Source of the DNA: an uncultured virus (IMG/VR IMGVR_UViG_3300044612_002689)
Lineage: Duplodnaviria > Heunggongvirae > Uroviricota > Caudoviricetes
Direction: 5' to 3' (one strand)
IMG/VR virus record: IMGVR_UViG_3300044612_002689
DNA length: 64,000 nt
Position numbers and translations under genes: made by a program. Numbering within the stretch: position 1 is the first letter of the stretch; every line of letters begins with the position of its first letter. A model generated the notes under the pieces. It had not been told where the DNA came from. It ran no database searches and saw only the letters and a list, made by a program, of their open reading frames with translations. Shown here one piece after another: positions 1-9,322 of the stretch.

Positions 1-309
1 GAAGGGAGAAGTAAAAACTAAATTTGGAACATATACAATGGAAACAAGAAACAGTACAAAAATAAGTACAGATAAACTCGGAGTGTTTATTGAAAGATTA
101 AAAAAAATTGGAATTGATGTGAAACTATCAGGAAACTTTCCTTGGGTTTATATCGACGAAATCTGTGGTATAAGAGTAACTGAAAGGTTTGCAGCAAATC
201 ACGGGTTTACTGTGATGTTTCTTCCAGGAAGAAATGACTCACCACCATCTGACTTTACAGATATTGCAGAGATATTCAAGTTAATTAGAAAATACACAAA
301 CAAAATAAA

Positions 310-723
310 ATGAAAAAAATATATTTAGATGACGTTAGAACACCGGTTGATAATGATTGGATTGTAGTTCGATCTTACGACGAGTTTGTTGAAAAAATAA
401 ATGAGATCGGTTTAGAAAATATTGAACTTATCTCTTTGGATCACGACTTGGGTGCTAGTGCAATTGATGAATGGAAAAAAAATGTTTATACAAATTACAC
501 AATCAACTACGATAACATCACCGAAAAGACCGGTATGGATTGTGTTAAGTGGTTGGTTAATGAGTGGATGAATGGAAAACGTGTTGTTGATGTTGTGGTT
601 CATTCACACAACGCAATTGGAAGTGGGAATATGATGGGTTATATTAATAACTACCGACACATCAATCGTTTGAAACAAAATTGTGTTAGACTTGAGTGGG
701 ATTATACAATAGAAAAAATATAA
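310..723 (+). CDS. Cyclic-phosphate-processing receiver domain protein
   Basis: Motifs IYLDDVR, ISLDHDLG, TGMDCVKWL, VHSHN typical of this phage receiver-like family. Confidence 0.75.
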   Translation: MKKIYLDDVRTPVDNDWIVVRSYDEFVEKINEIGLENIELISLDHDLGASAIDEWKKNVYTNYTINYDNITEKTGMDCVKWLVNEWMNGKRVVDVVVHSHNAIGSGNMMGYINNYRHINRLKQNCVRLEWDYTIEKI

Positions 724-726
724 AAA

Positions 727-1260
727 ATGGATTTAACTAAACTAACAATGGACGAACTTATTTCTTTAAGAAATAAAATTGAAGGACTTATTTATTCATA
801 TGAAGATGGATATTTGTATATCTGTTCTGTCCGTCAGTTTGGTAGTGTTTGGGAAGAAAGACCATCCAGTTTATATTCATTAAAAGAACTTTGTGATTCT
901 TATTACGGCGACAATGGAATTGTTGATGTTTATACAAATAACCCAAATTTAGAATTTCCTGAAATGGAGTTCTACAATTATGGTGATGTTATGTATATCA
1001 AATCAGAAGATGATTATAGGGAGTGGATTAAACACACTAAGACTAAAAATCTTATTGAAGATGTAACACAACGACTTGATGAGTGGGACAAAAGTAAAAA
1101 TTTACCATTTAAGTATCGTCCTTCTTTCGCTCCACATTGGACAAGAGAAGATGTTAGTGAATGGATTCAGGAGTTTGAAAATACCAAGTGGGATTTTGTT
1201 GAACCAAGGTCAATGAAGAAAGAATATTCTGAAGAAGATAATGACGAACATAAAAAATAA
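727..1260 (+). CDS. Hypothetical phage protein
   Basis: 177-aa ORF in a tight co-directional array. Confidence 0.7.
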   Translation: MDLTKLTMDELISLRNKIEGLIYSYEDGYLYICSVRQFGSVWEERPSSLYSLKELCDSYYGDNGIVDVYTNNPNLEFPEMEFYNYGDVMYIKSEDDYREWIKHTKTKNLIEDVTQRLDEWDKSKNLPFKYRPSFAPHWTREDVSEWIQEFENTKWDFVEPRSMKKEYSEEDNDEHKK

Positions 1261-1471
1261 TAAAAATGAAAAAATTTAGATTACCAAGAAAGACAAAAAA
1301 GAAATTGAAAAAAGATTTTTTTACTTATCCAAAAAGTGAAAAAGACACATACTTAGTTGCTTGGCCATATAAATATGAAGAAGATTATATTGCATATAAA
1401 AAAGGATTGTTAAGAGGTTTAAAAGAAGAATTGAGGAAGAGTTATAAAAAAAATAATAAAAATTAAAATTT

Positions 1472-2380
1472 ATGGGATTAAAAAAAGTCAAATTAGAAAA
1501 TAAAAATTTGGATTTGTCGCTTATCGACATGTTACAATATTATGATATTAGTAAGACAAAAAAATACACCCAGTTTTTGGTTAAAATGTTTAAAGAACTA
1601 ATTCAGAATGATCTTCACCTGACACAACAATACAGGAAAAATGGTTTAGACAATGATGAAAAAATGGATACATTAGTTGATAGAAATTCTTTTGAGGGAT
1701 TTCTCACACATAAACTTGTCGTTGAAAATTTTATTGGATATCAAAAAATTAAATTGTATATGACTTTCTGTGAATTAATGGAAAGAGGGCTTGTAGAAAT
1801 CAAAGACATCTCAACTTACGACTCCTGGGAAATGGTTGAAAATCAAGTATATTTGGCACTCAACAAAGACAACTTAAAAAAAGCAAAGAAAGAAATAAAA
1901 ATTATTTATGAAGATTCATGTTATTTGGTTTTCAAACCATTGACTTATTTAGCATCTTGTACTTACGGATATCAAACTAAATGGTGCACATCTATGATTA
2001 ATTCTCCAGACTATTTTTATGACCATTCTTCAAAAGGAGTTTTAATCTATGTTATAAATAAAAATACAAATGAAAAATATGGGTTTTTTTATGAGATCAT
2101 GGGACTTCTTGATGTTTTTGATGTAAATAAACATCGATATCTTTTTAAAGTTTTTGATAATGAAGATAGACAAGTCGACACATTTCAGACAAATATTCCT
2201 CATAATATTTTGTCCTTAATTTATACTGACATCCAAAATAGTCCAGAAAATTGGAAATTTTTTTCAAAGGTAGAGTTAAAACAAATGGCTAAGCATGTTA
2301 GTATACCCTCTGTTGATCAACCAGTAACAATTCCTTTAAATATTCAATTTGAAGAACCAGGATCAACACCTTTATTCTAA
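1472..2380 (+). CDS. Hypothetical phage protein (ASCxYGxxTKWC motif)
   Basis: 302-aa ORF with PLTYLASCTYGYQTKWC motif. Confidence 0.65.
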   Translation: MGLKKVKLENKNLDLSLIDMLQYYDISKTKKYTQFLVKMFKELIQNDLHLTQQYRKNGLDNDEKMDTLVDRNSFEGFLTHKLVVENFIGYQKIKLYMTFCELMERGLVEIKDISTYDSWEMVENQVYLALNKDNLKKAKKEIKIIYEDSCYLVFKPLTYLASCTYGYQTKWCTSMINSPDYFYDHSSKGVLIYVINKNTNEKYGFFYEIMGLLDVFDVNKHRYLFKVFDNEDRQVDTFQTNIPHNILSLIYTDIQNSPENWKFFSKVELKQMAKHVSIPSVDQPVTIPLNIQFEEPGSTPLF

Positions 2381-2601
2381 AACAGAATTCAAAAACTAAA
2401 TCATTTTTTAAGTTAATTCAGATGGATAAAAAAGAACTTTACGTAAGATTTGCAAATGAAAGTACTTATTATACGAAGATTAAACTGGATTTGAAAAAAG
2501 TTAAAAATATTAGAATCTTTAAAGATGAGGTTTTTTTTACAATTGACAATATTACAGTTGCTACCAGTAGAGATGACTGGGATAAATTAAAATAAAAAAA
2601 T

Positions 2602-2751
2602 ATGAAAAAATTAATTTTAATAATTTTTGTGTTGGTGTTATCTTCATGTAAAACCACAAAAAAAACTAATTGTGATGCTTACGGATCTTTGCCAAATTCA
2701 AAAATAGACACTACAAATTTCGAAATTATAAATAATTTTAAGTTGAATTAA
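2602..2751 (+). CDS. Small lipoprotein (not in ORF track)
   Basis: Manual translation MKKLILIIFVLVLSSC-KTTKKTNCDAYG; signal peptide plus lipobox Cys. Confidence 0.6.
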   Translation: MKKLILIIFVLVLSSCKTTKKTNCDAYGSLPNSKIDTTNFEIINNFKLN

Positions 2752-3310
2752 TCCTTCTTTTTTAATTATTTTATCATATTTTTAAATAAAATACTTTATG
2801 AAAGAAAGAGTAAAATTAATAATCCTTGATGAAAAACCTTATGTGGTTTCAGGTGATGAAATTAAACTTGGCGATGAAGTCATTATTACAGTTAATGGAC
2901 AATACCCATCTAAAGTTTCTTGTGAAAATCAACCGGTCCTGGATTTAATTAAAAACAATCAATTGAAACAAAACAGGGCATTTAAAATTTTTCTACATCC
3001 AGAACAAGTCACCTTCAACAACGAAGAGTTAGAAAAAATTTTAGAAAACGATGGTATTTTCGAAATAGAAATCGAAAATAACCAGATAAAATATTACATC
3101 TGATTCTTCATCTATGAATAAATCTAAAGTCAAAGTTTTAACCCCAAACGGAATTGGAGAAATTCAAGAAATGTACACCAATGATAAAAATGAGTTAATT
3201 ATTGAATTTTTGTTCAAAGATCTAATTACGATCACTTATAATCTTGGTAAGTTTGACACTCATGAAAATATTCTTACCAAAAAAATTAATAAATTGGAAA
3301 ATAAAAATTA

Positions 3311-3529
3311 ATGGATTCATTAGATCTGCATGGTACTCGTCACTTGGATGTCTCAAACAAAATTGATCAATTTTTGTGGGAGTCTATGAAAAAAAATAAA
3401 AAAGAAGTTCATATTATTACAGGACATAGTCAAATAATGAAAAATCTAGTAAAAAATACACTTCACGATTATAATATGAATTATGAAGTTGATTCTATCA
3501 ATCCAGGTATCTTATTAGTAAAACTCTAA
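3311..3529 (+). CDS. Stand-alone Smr domain protein
   Basis: LDLHG and IITG motifs, NPG near C-terminus. Confidence 0.8.
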   Translation: MDSLDLHGTRHLDVSNKIDQFLWESMKKNKKEVHIITGHSQIMKNLVKNTLHDYNMNYEVDSINPGILLVKL

Positions 3530-3841
3530 ACTATGAAAAAAAAACAATCACAAATAGATGTTCCAGAACCTGAAAAACAAGTAATTGAAACTCCCCATGA
3601 AAATTATGAAATAGTTGCTGAAGGATTTTCATTAACATTTTCACAATCCACAAATTTATGTGAGAGACAAAGTTTAATGAATGTTTTAAAAATCTCGACC
3701 GACACATGTCATACAGGACCAAAATTCTGGATTCAAACAGAAAAATGGGACTTTGATGATATTGAAGAATTGATTGAAATTTTAAAAGTTTTTGATAGAA
3801 AATATAAACTAATGTTTGGGGACCAAAACTAATTAATTTTT

Positions 3842-4258
3842 ATGAGAATTGGAATTACTTGCTCTTGTTTTGATTTATTACATGCTGGACATATTTTAAT
3901 GCTCCAGGAATGTAAGGAGGTTTGTGATTTTTTATACGTTGCGTTTCAAACTGACCCTACATCTGATAGACCAGAAAAAAATAAACCGGTACAATCTGTT
4001 TTAGAAAGGTTCATACAACTTAAAGGATGTAAGTTTGTGGATGAAATAATTCCATATGAAAATGAAAAAGATTTGGAAAATATTTTTAAATCATTTAATT
4101 TTGACGTGAGAATCATCGGTGAAGATTATAAGAACAAAGATTTCACGGGAAGACAAATTTGTTTAGAACGAGGTATAGAGATCTACTATAATAAAAGATC
4201 CCACGATTTCTCAACTTCAAACCTTAGAAAAAAAATTGAAAATGGAAAAAAGAATTAA
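3842..4258 (+). CDS. Cytidylyltransferase (glycerol-3-phosphate CTase, TagD-like)
   Basis: FDLLHAGH (HxGH), VDEIIPY, IIGEDY, RSHDFSTSNLR. Confidence 0.85.
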   Translation: MRIGITCSCFDLLHAGHILMLQECKEVCDFLYVAFQTDPTSDRPEKNKPVQSVLERFIQLKGCKFVDEIIPYENEKDLENIFKSFNFDVRIIGEDYKNKDFTGRQICLERGIEIYYNKRSHDFSTSNLRKKIENGKKN

Positions 4259-4488
4259 GAGTTTCAGTAATATCCAAGACTGGATTGAAAAAGTAATCGA
4301 GTCATGTCAAACATTTGAACACACCCAAACTACCAAAAATTTAATTTACAATTTCCAAAAACAAATTATGGAAAAAATCAATGATCATAACTCAATGATT
4401 AGTATTACACAACCTTTATTGTTAAAATTGGAAAAAAAAGAAGAACTAATTTATTTTTCAAACTTAAATTAGTTTTTTACGAAAAAAA

Positions 4489-4520
4489 TTTGATTAATCT
4501 AAATATATGTTTTACATTTG
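4489..4520 (+). promoter_or_regulatory. Bacteroidota-type -33/-7 promoter
   Basis: TTTG-N20-TACATTTG directly upstream of the tRNA cluster. Confidence 0.75.
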
Positions 4521-4532
4521 TAAAAAAAAGTT

Positions 4533-4615
4533 AGTCAGGAGTGTAAAGAGACATGGTGTTGAATCCATCTGTTATAGATGGTTGCTCATTGTAGGTTCGA
4601 ATCCTATCCTGACTT
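4533..4615 (+). ncRNA. tRNA-like element 1 (aberrant D/anticodon region)
   Basis: Acceptor AGTCAGG/CCTGACT and T-arm GTAGG-TTCGAAT-CCTAT; central hairpin CCATCT-GTTAT-AGATGG; no canonical D-arm or U33. Confidence 0.55.
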
Positions 4616-4691
4616 CAACTAAGGAAGCAATATGAGAGTCCTGAATTGTACACAAAATATCCGTATTGACATCTCGGAAAGACGAGAAAAT

Positions 4692-4758
4692 AGTCAGGTG
4701 GCGTTATTGGAGTACGCATCGTAAATGAGGATTACAGGTTCGAATCCTGTCCTGACTG
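4692..4758 (+). ncRNA. tRNA-like element 2 (anticodon arm essentially missing)
   Basis: Same acceptor AGTCAGG/CCTGACT, D-arm GCGT..ACGC, T-arm ACAGG-TTCGAAT-CCTGT; only 16 nt between D- and T-arm. Confidence 0.6.
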
Positions 4759-4770
4759 CTAAATTAACTT

Positions 4771-4843
4771 GGTCCCGTGGTTGAATGGTTACAATTCCAC
4801 CCTGTCACGGTGCGAGATACGGGTTCGAATCCCGTCGGGACCG
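4771..4843 (+). tRNA. tRNA-Asp(GTC)
   Basis: Cloverleaf: GGTCCCG/CGGGACC acceptor, loop CTGTCAC, T-arm ACGGG-TTCGAAT-CCCGT, discriminator G; CCA not encoded. Confidence 0.92.
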
Positions 4844-4867
4844 CAAAACTTATTAAAATTAAAAAAT

Positions 4868-5137
4868 ATGAAAACTTTTGAAGATTTAGAATTTGAACAA
4901 TTAAATGACGAACCATTTATGGTTGGTAAAAAAGGTCGTATGCAATTTGACAACGGCTTTGGTGTATCTGTTGTATCACACACTCATTCATACGGAGGTC
5001 GTGATGGACTTTATGAAGTGGCCGTTTTAGATAAAGATGGTCTTTTGACTTATGAGACTCCTGTGACAAGTGACGTAATTGGTTACTTGAGTGAAGAAGA
5101 TGTAACTGATGTCATGAAAAAAGTTCAAGAACTTTAA
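4868..5137 (+). CDS. Conserved phage hypothetical protein
   Basis: Start reassigned to MKTFEDL after the tRNA; FDNGFGVSVV..SYGG..GLYEVAVL motif. Confidence 0.7.
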   Translation: MKTFEDLEFEQLNDEPFMVGKKGRMQFDNGFGVSVVSHTHSYGGRDGLYEVAVLDKDGLLTYETPVTSDVIGYLSEEDVTDVMKKVQEL

Positions 5138-5148
5138 AAATAAATTTT

Positions 5149-5553
5149 ATGTACGGGATTTGTTTACAATGTAATAATAAATTTTCCTACTTACCCAGTC
5201 AATCCCATGGTAAGTTTTGTTCAAACCGATGTCAAGGAGACCACCATCTCGATAAAAGATTTCAAACAGGGACCACCTGGAATAATGCAATGTCAAAGTA
5301 TGTTAAACGAATCAGAGGCAACACTTGCGAAAGTTGTGGAATAAGTGATTGGAATAAAAAACCTTTAACATTTCAGGTTGACCATGTTGACGGAAATCGA
5401 AAAAACAATAATTTTTATAATTTAAAAGTCTTGTGTCCGAATTGTCATTCACAGACAGAAACATTTGGTCATAAAAACGTGACCAAAGAGGGTAAAAATA
5501 AATTTATAGAGTTAATCAATAAAAATAGAAAACCAAAAAAAATAAAACTCTGA
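5149..5553 (+). CDS. HNH endonuclease
   Basis: CxxC pairs, QVDHVDGNRKNN..NLKVLCPNCHSQT. Confidence 0.88.
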   Translation: MYGICLQCNNKFSYLPSQSHGKFCSNRCQGDHHLDKRFQTGTTWNNAMSKYVKRIRGNTCESCGISDWNKKPLTFQVDHVDGNRKNNNFYNLKVLCPNCHSQTETFGHKNVTKEGKNKFIELINKNRKPKKIKL

Positions 5554-5981
5554 TGGATTACACAAATTACAAAATATTAAAATATTATTATTCACATGGA
5601 GTTGCTGAAATGTCGGAACTTCTATGGGATAAAATGACCCCAGAAGAATCAAAATGGGCCATAGTATTAACGATGACTGGAATAAATGATACCGGAGGAG
5701 ATGATAATAGATCCTGGGATATTTTTTTTCTTGAAGATAAACTAAAAGAAAAAATTGAAAGTGTATTAAATAAGTATAATATTAAATTTACTATTAAAGA
5801 CATAACCGACCAGTTACTATCGAATAATAATGAAATTACGGAAAATTTGATAAGTAAGTTAAACAAACATCTTACTGAGAATTTAACCGTTAATTCTGTT
5901 TTGGATAAAATCATAGACCAGGGAATTAAAAGTCTCTCAGTGTTTGAAAAGTATTATTTAGAAAACAAAACCGAAGAATAA
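5553..5981 (+). CDS. Hypothetical protein with C-terminal DUF6576-like helical motif
   Basis: VNSVLDKIIDQGIKSLSVFEK. Confidence 0.55.
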   Translation: MDYTNYKILKYYYSHGVAEMSELLWDKMTPEESKWAIVLTMTGINDTGGDDNRSWDIFFLEDKLKEKIESVLNKYNIKFTIKDITDQLLSNNNEITENLISKLNKHLTENLTVNSVLDKIIDQGIKSLSVFEKYYLENKTEE

Positions 5982-5985
5982 TTTT

Positions 5986-6306
5986 ATGGGAATCTTTGAT
6001 AAAGATTATTTATTGATCAAATCACAAACTACGGGATTTTCTTCCCCAGCAGAAACATATGTTGATAAAAGATTGGACTTAAATGAATTGATAGTGGATG
6101 ATTCATATTCCACATTCTATTTCAGATATTCTGGACCAAACATTGAAGATATCAAACCCGGTGATACTTTAGTTATCGATAGAAATAAAAAATTAAAAAC
6201 AGGTGACTTGATTATTATTGTTGAAGATGGGGTTTTTAAAATAAAACGTTATGAGGATCAAATTAATATATGGGGGAAAATAACATGGATCTTAAAAAAA
6301 GTGTAA
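5986..6306 (+). CDS. umuD: UmuD-like S24 family protein (catalytic Ser apparently lost)
   Basis: GFSSPAETYVDKRLDLNEL, PGDTLVIDR, GDLII; adjacent to umuC. Confidence 0.8.
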   Translation: MGIFDKDYLLIKSQTTGFSSPAETYVDKRLDLNELIVDDSYSTFYFRYSGPNIEDIKPGDTLVIDRNKKLKTGDLIIIVEDGVFKIKRYEDQINIWGKITWILKKV

Positions 6307-7502
6307 AAGTAATTGGTATTGTGGATTGCAATAATTTTTATTGCTCATGTGAAAGATTGTTTAATCCAGAATCGGTCGGTAAACCAACAGTTGTTTTATC
6401 AAATAATGATGGGGCAATAATTGCCCGATCACAAGAAGCAAAAGATTTAGGAATTAAAATGGGGGAACCATTTTTTAAATCTAAAGAATTCATGGAAGAA
6501 CACAAATTCTGTGTTTATTCTTCAAACTATAACCTTTATGGGGATCTTTCTGACCGGGTAATGAAAGTTATTTCTGAGTTTGTTACCAATATTGAAGTGT
6601 ATTCAATTGATGAAGCATTCATAGACCTATCTCATATACCTTCTAAAAAATTGAATCAAACCTTAATAAAAATCAAGGATGAGGTTCTAAGACGGGTTGG
6701 AATACCAGTGTCTATTGGTGTTGGACCAAATAAAACATTGGCAAAATTGACCTCATACATGGCAAAAAAACAACCAAACTATGATGGAATATGTTCTTAC
6801 TGGAGTTTGAAAAATTTTAAATCAATTTCATACAAAATTGATATTAACGAAGTTTGGGGTGTTGGAAGAAAATGGACAAAAAAATTGAAAAATCTTGGTA
6901 TTGAAAGTATTGGTCAATTCATAGACACTAATGAAAACTTAGTAAAAAAGTTGATGAATATTAATGGTGTGAGAACTAAATTAGAATTACAAGAATTTTA
7001 TTGTTTTCAGATCCAAGAAAAAACTAAGTTGAAAAAAAATATTGCATCCACCAGATCATTTGGAAAAGATGTTGATGATTTTAGTCAGTTGTCTGAGGCT
7101 ATGTTTAGTTATATAGAAACGGGGACTAAAAAATTAAAACAAAATAAAGTATTAAGTAAAAAAGTCACAATTTTTGTTAGTGGTAATTACCATAAGGGAA
7201 ACAAGTACCATTATTCAAAAACAATTTCTTTAAATACACCAACTCGAGATAATCAATTAATCTGGTCGCAAATATATAAATCATTTAAAGAGTTGTGTGA
7301 ACAAAACAAACAATATAAAAAGTGTGGAATAATCTTTAATGATTTAACTCCAGACAATGTCATACAAAAGTCTTTATTTGATGAAGTTTTTGAAACTCAA
7401 TCAGTACCAAACAATCCAGTTAAAAATTGGCACATGAGACAAGAGTTTCTTACACAAAAATATACCACATCCTGGGACGATTTACCTGAAGTTTTTTCTT
7501 AA
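6285..7502 (+). CDS. umuC: Y-family DNA polymerase V catalytic subunit
   Basis: VDCNNFYCSCE, VVLSNNDG, SSNYNLYGDLS, YSIDEAF, GPNKTLAK, C-terminal YTTSWDDLP; start uncertain (6270 or 6285). Confidence 0.92.
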   Translation: MDLKKSVKVIGIVDCNNFYCSCERLFNPESVGKPTVVLSNNDGAIIARSQEAKDLGIKMGEPFFKSKEFMEEHKFCVYSSNYNLYGDLSDRVMKVISEFVTNIEVYSIDEAFIDLSHIPSKKLNQTLIKIKDEVLRRVGIPVSIGVGPNKTLAKLTSYMAKKQPNYDGICSYWSLKNFKSISYKIDINEVWGVGRKWTKKLKNLGIESIGQFIDTNENLVKKLMNINGVRTKLELQEFYCFQIQEKTKLKKNIASTRSFGKDVDDFSQLSEAMFSYIETGTKKLKQNKVLSKKVTIFVSGNYHKGNKYHYSKTISLNTPTRDNQLIWSQIYKSFKELCEQNKQYKKCGIIFNDLTPDNVIQKSLFDEVFETQSVPNNPVKNWHMRQEFLTQKYTTSWDDLPEVFS

Positions 7503-7506
7503 TAGT

Positions 7507-8223
7507 CTAGTCAATATTGAGGATCTTCCAGTTCCCTTTTTTATCCTCGACTAAACAAGTTGAGTTTTCACAAAAATCACCAGAATTCATGTAATCAATT
7601 TCTAATTTCGGTTGGTGAATATGTCCGCAAACTGCGACATCAAATCCTTTTTCCTTGGTTAATCCTTTGGCACCAGACTCAAAATCAGAAACAAAATTTA
7701 TTGCACCCTTAACTGATTGTTTAATATCATTTGCTAGAGAATGATAGTTCAAGTTCAATAACTTTCTAATCTTATTATAAAGAGTATTCAAACGAATGAC
7801 AAAATCATAAGACCATCCACCAATTACTGCCAACCATCGGGCTTTCATTATAACAAAATCCAAAACATCTCCATGAAAACAATAATAATTTCTACAATCA
7901 ATCCCAACGTGATTATACATTCTTACAATTTCAATATTGTTTAATTTAAAAGGTATAAAATCTTTTAAAAAATCATCATGATTTCCCCGAATATAAATTA
8001 CTTGTGTTTTGTTTTCTGAGAGTTTGATAATTTTTCTAATTATTTTAGTGCAATCGTTATTCCATTTTCCACCACTTCTGATTGCCCATCCGTCAATTAT
8101 ATCACCGTTTAAAATTAACTTCTCAGTTTCATTCTCATTAAAAAATTTCAAAATTTTATCTGTTTGAGATTGTCTGGATCCTAAATGTAAATCACTCATG
8201 ATCACGGTTTTCCATTTTTTCAT
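7507..8223 (-). CDS. Metallophosphoesterase, UDP-2,3-diacylglucosamine hydrolase (LpxH)-like
   Basis: SDLHLG, LNGDIIDGW, GNHD, HGD, CGHIH, NSGDF. Confidence 0.85.
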   Translation of the reverse strand: MKKWKTVIMSDLHLGSRQSQTDKILKFFNENETEKLILNGDIIDGWAIRSGGKWNNDCTKIIRKIIKLSENKTQVIYIRGNHDDFLKDFIPFKLNNIEIVRMYNHVGIDCRNYYCFHGDVLDFVIMKARWLAVIGGWSYDFVIRLNTLYNKIRKLLNLNYHSLANDIKQSVKGAINFVSDFESGAKGLTKEKGFDVAVCGHIHQPKLEIDYMNSGDFCENSTCLVEDKKGNWKILNID

Positions 8224-8570
8224 TTATCTTTAACTACTTTAAAAAGGGCTTTTTCGATCGAAAATCCGTTGTTTATGAAATATTTCAAACTATCAACATT
8301 ACAATGGGCATAAATGGTTTTATTAGTTTCATGAATTTTTGAATCCCTATAATTCCAGAGTAATTTATAGATCCCTCTATTTCTATAATCTTCCAAAACA
8401 TAGGCGTGACATAAATAAATTACAGAATCATGTTCTACATAAGAAACAATACCAACTAATTTTTCTTTAATGAAACATCCATAATATGTTGCATATTCAT
8501 CTAATAAATCAGGTTTGATTTCTTTAAAATTTTCATAAACTTCTTTATAAGGTACTTTTGTTATTTCCAT
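8220..8570 (-). CDS. GNAT acetyltransferase
   Basis: YVLEDYRNRGIYKLL acetyl-CoA motif A, C-terminal NGF. Confidence 0.78.
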   Translation of the reverse strand: MEITKVPYKEVYENFKEIKPDLLDEYATYYGCFIKEKLVGIVSYVEHDSVIYLCHAYVLEDYRNRGIYKLLWNYRDSKIHETNKTIYAHCNVDSLKYFINNGFSIEKALFKVVKDK

Positions 8571-9283
8571 TACCAGTAATTTTTATCTTCAGTGAAATAA
8601 GACTTGTTTTTGTGATTGAAAAAAGAACCTAAAAATAATTTGACCATATAGAATACACCTTTGTTCTCAAATCTTCTAGGAGGAGTAAATACAATATTAT
8701 TTATTCTACCGAACTTTTTTGGTTTAATTTGTTTTGAAAAATGATAATCTTCCGCAACTTTTATGTCGGAATCAAATCCACCAAGAGATTTAAATGTTTC
8801 AGACCTAATCATCATAAAGCCACCCAAACAAAAAGGTGTGGACCATTTGGACACCAATTGTAGAAAATCGAACAAACGGTAAATATAATTGTATTTACCG
8901 TTATCACTTCTAAACTTTGTGGTTACTAAATCTAATTTTTGTCTATGTATTCTTAAAAATGCTCTTTTAATTATTTTTGGGTCCAATAAAAACACATCGG
9001 AGTCAACAAATAAAACATATGGTGTCTCAACAAGTTTGAATCCGTTGTTTCTTGCAACCGCAGGTAATCCACCATCCATCAAATAAAGGTCAAACTTATC
9101 TGAGTTAATTTCTAACCTTTCGATTATATCAAATTTAGTTATACCATCATCTGAAGAGTCGCAAACTACAACTTTAACTCCCCAAATATCTGACTGATAA
9201 TTCAAAAGGTCCAAAGTTTTTTGAATTATACTTTTTTCATTTTTACATGGAATAACAATTGTTAAAAAATTTTTTATTTCCAT
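8570..9283 (-). CDS. Glycosyltransferase family 2
   Basis: IVIPCKNE, ARNNG, LFVDSD, GGFD...AED. Confidence 0.9.
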   Translation of the reverse strand: MEIKNFLTIVIPCKNEKSIIQKTLDLLNYQSDIWGVKVVVCDSSDDGITKFDIIERLEINSDKFDLYLMDGGLPAVARNNGFKLVETPYVLFVDSDVFLLDPKIIKRAFLRIHRQKLDLVTTKFRSDNGKYNYIYRLFDFLQLVSKWSTPFCLGGFMMIRSETFKSLGGFDSDIKVAEDYHFSKQIKPKKFGRINNIVFTPPRRFENKGVFYMVKLFLGSFFNHKNKSYFTEDKNYW

Positions 9284-9286
9284 TTG

Positions 9287-9318
9287 TTTGTTTTATAGTT
9301 TAAATATAGGTATTTTTG
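9287..9318 (+). promoter_or_regulatory. Bacteroidota-type promoter (near-leaderless uvrC)
   Basis: TTTG-N20-TATTTTTG, 4 nt before ATG 9323. Confidence 0.7.
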
Positions 9319-9322
9319 TCAA

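Noticed and set aside
4533..4615. Ochre-suppressor tRNA (TTA) and stop-codon reassignment
   Set aside because: Loop lacks U33 and a proper D-arm; TAA is the dominant stop and genes are intact under the standard code.
4769..4867. N-terminal extension of ORF 4769..5137
   Set aside because: Overlaps tRNA-Asp; the real start is most likely ATG 4868.
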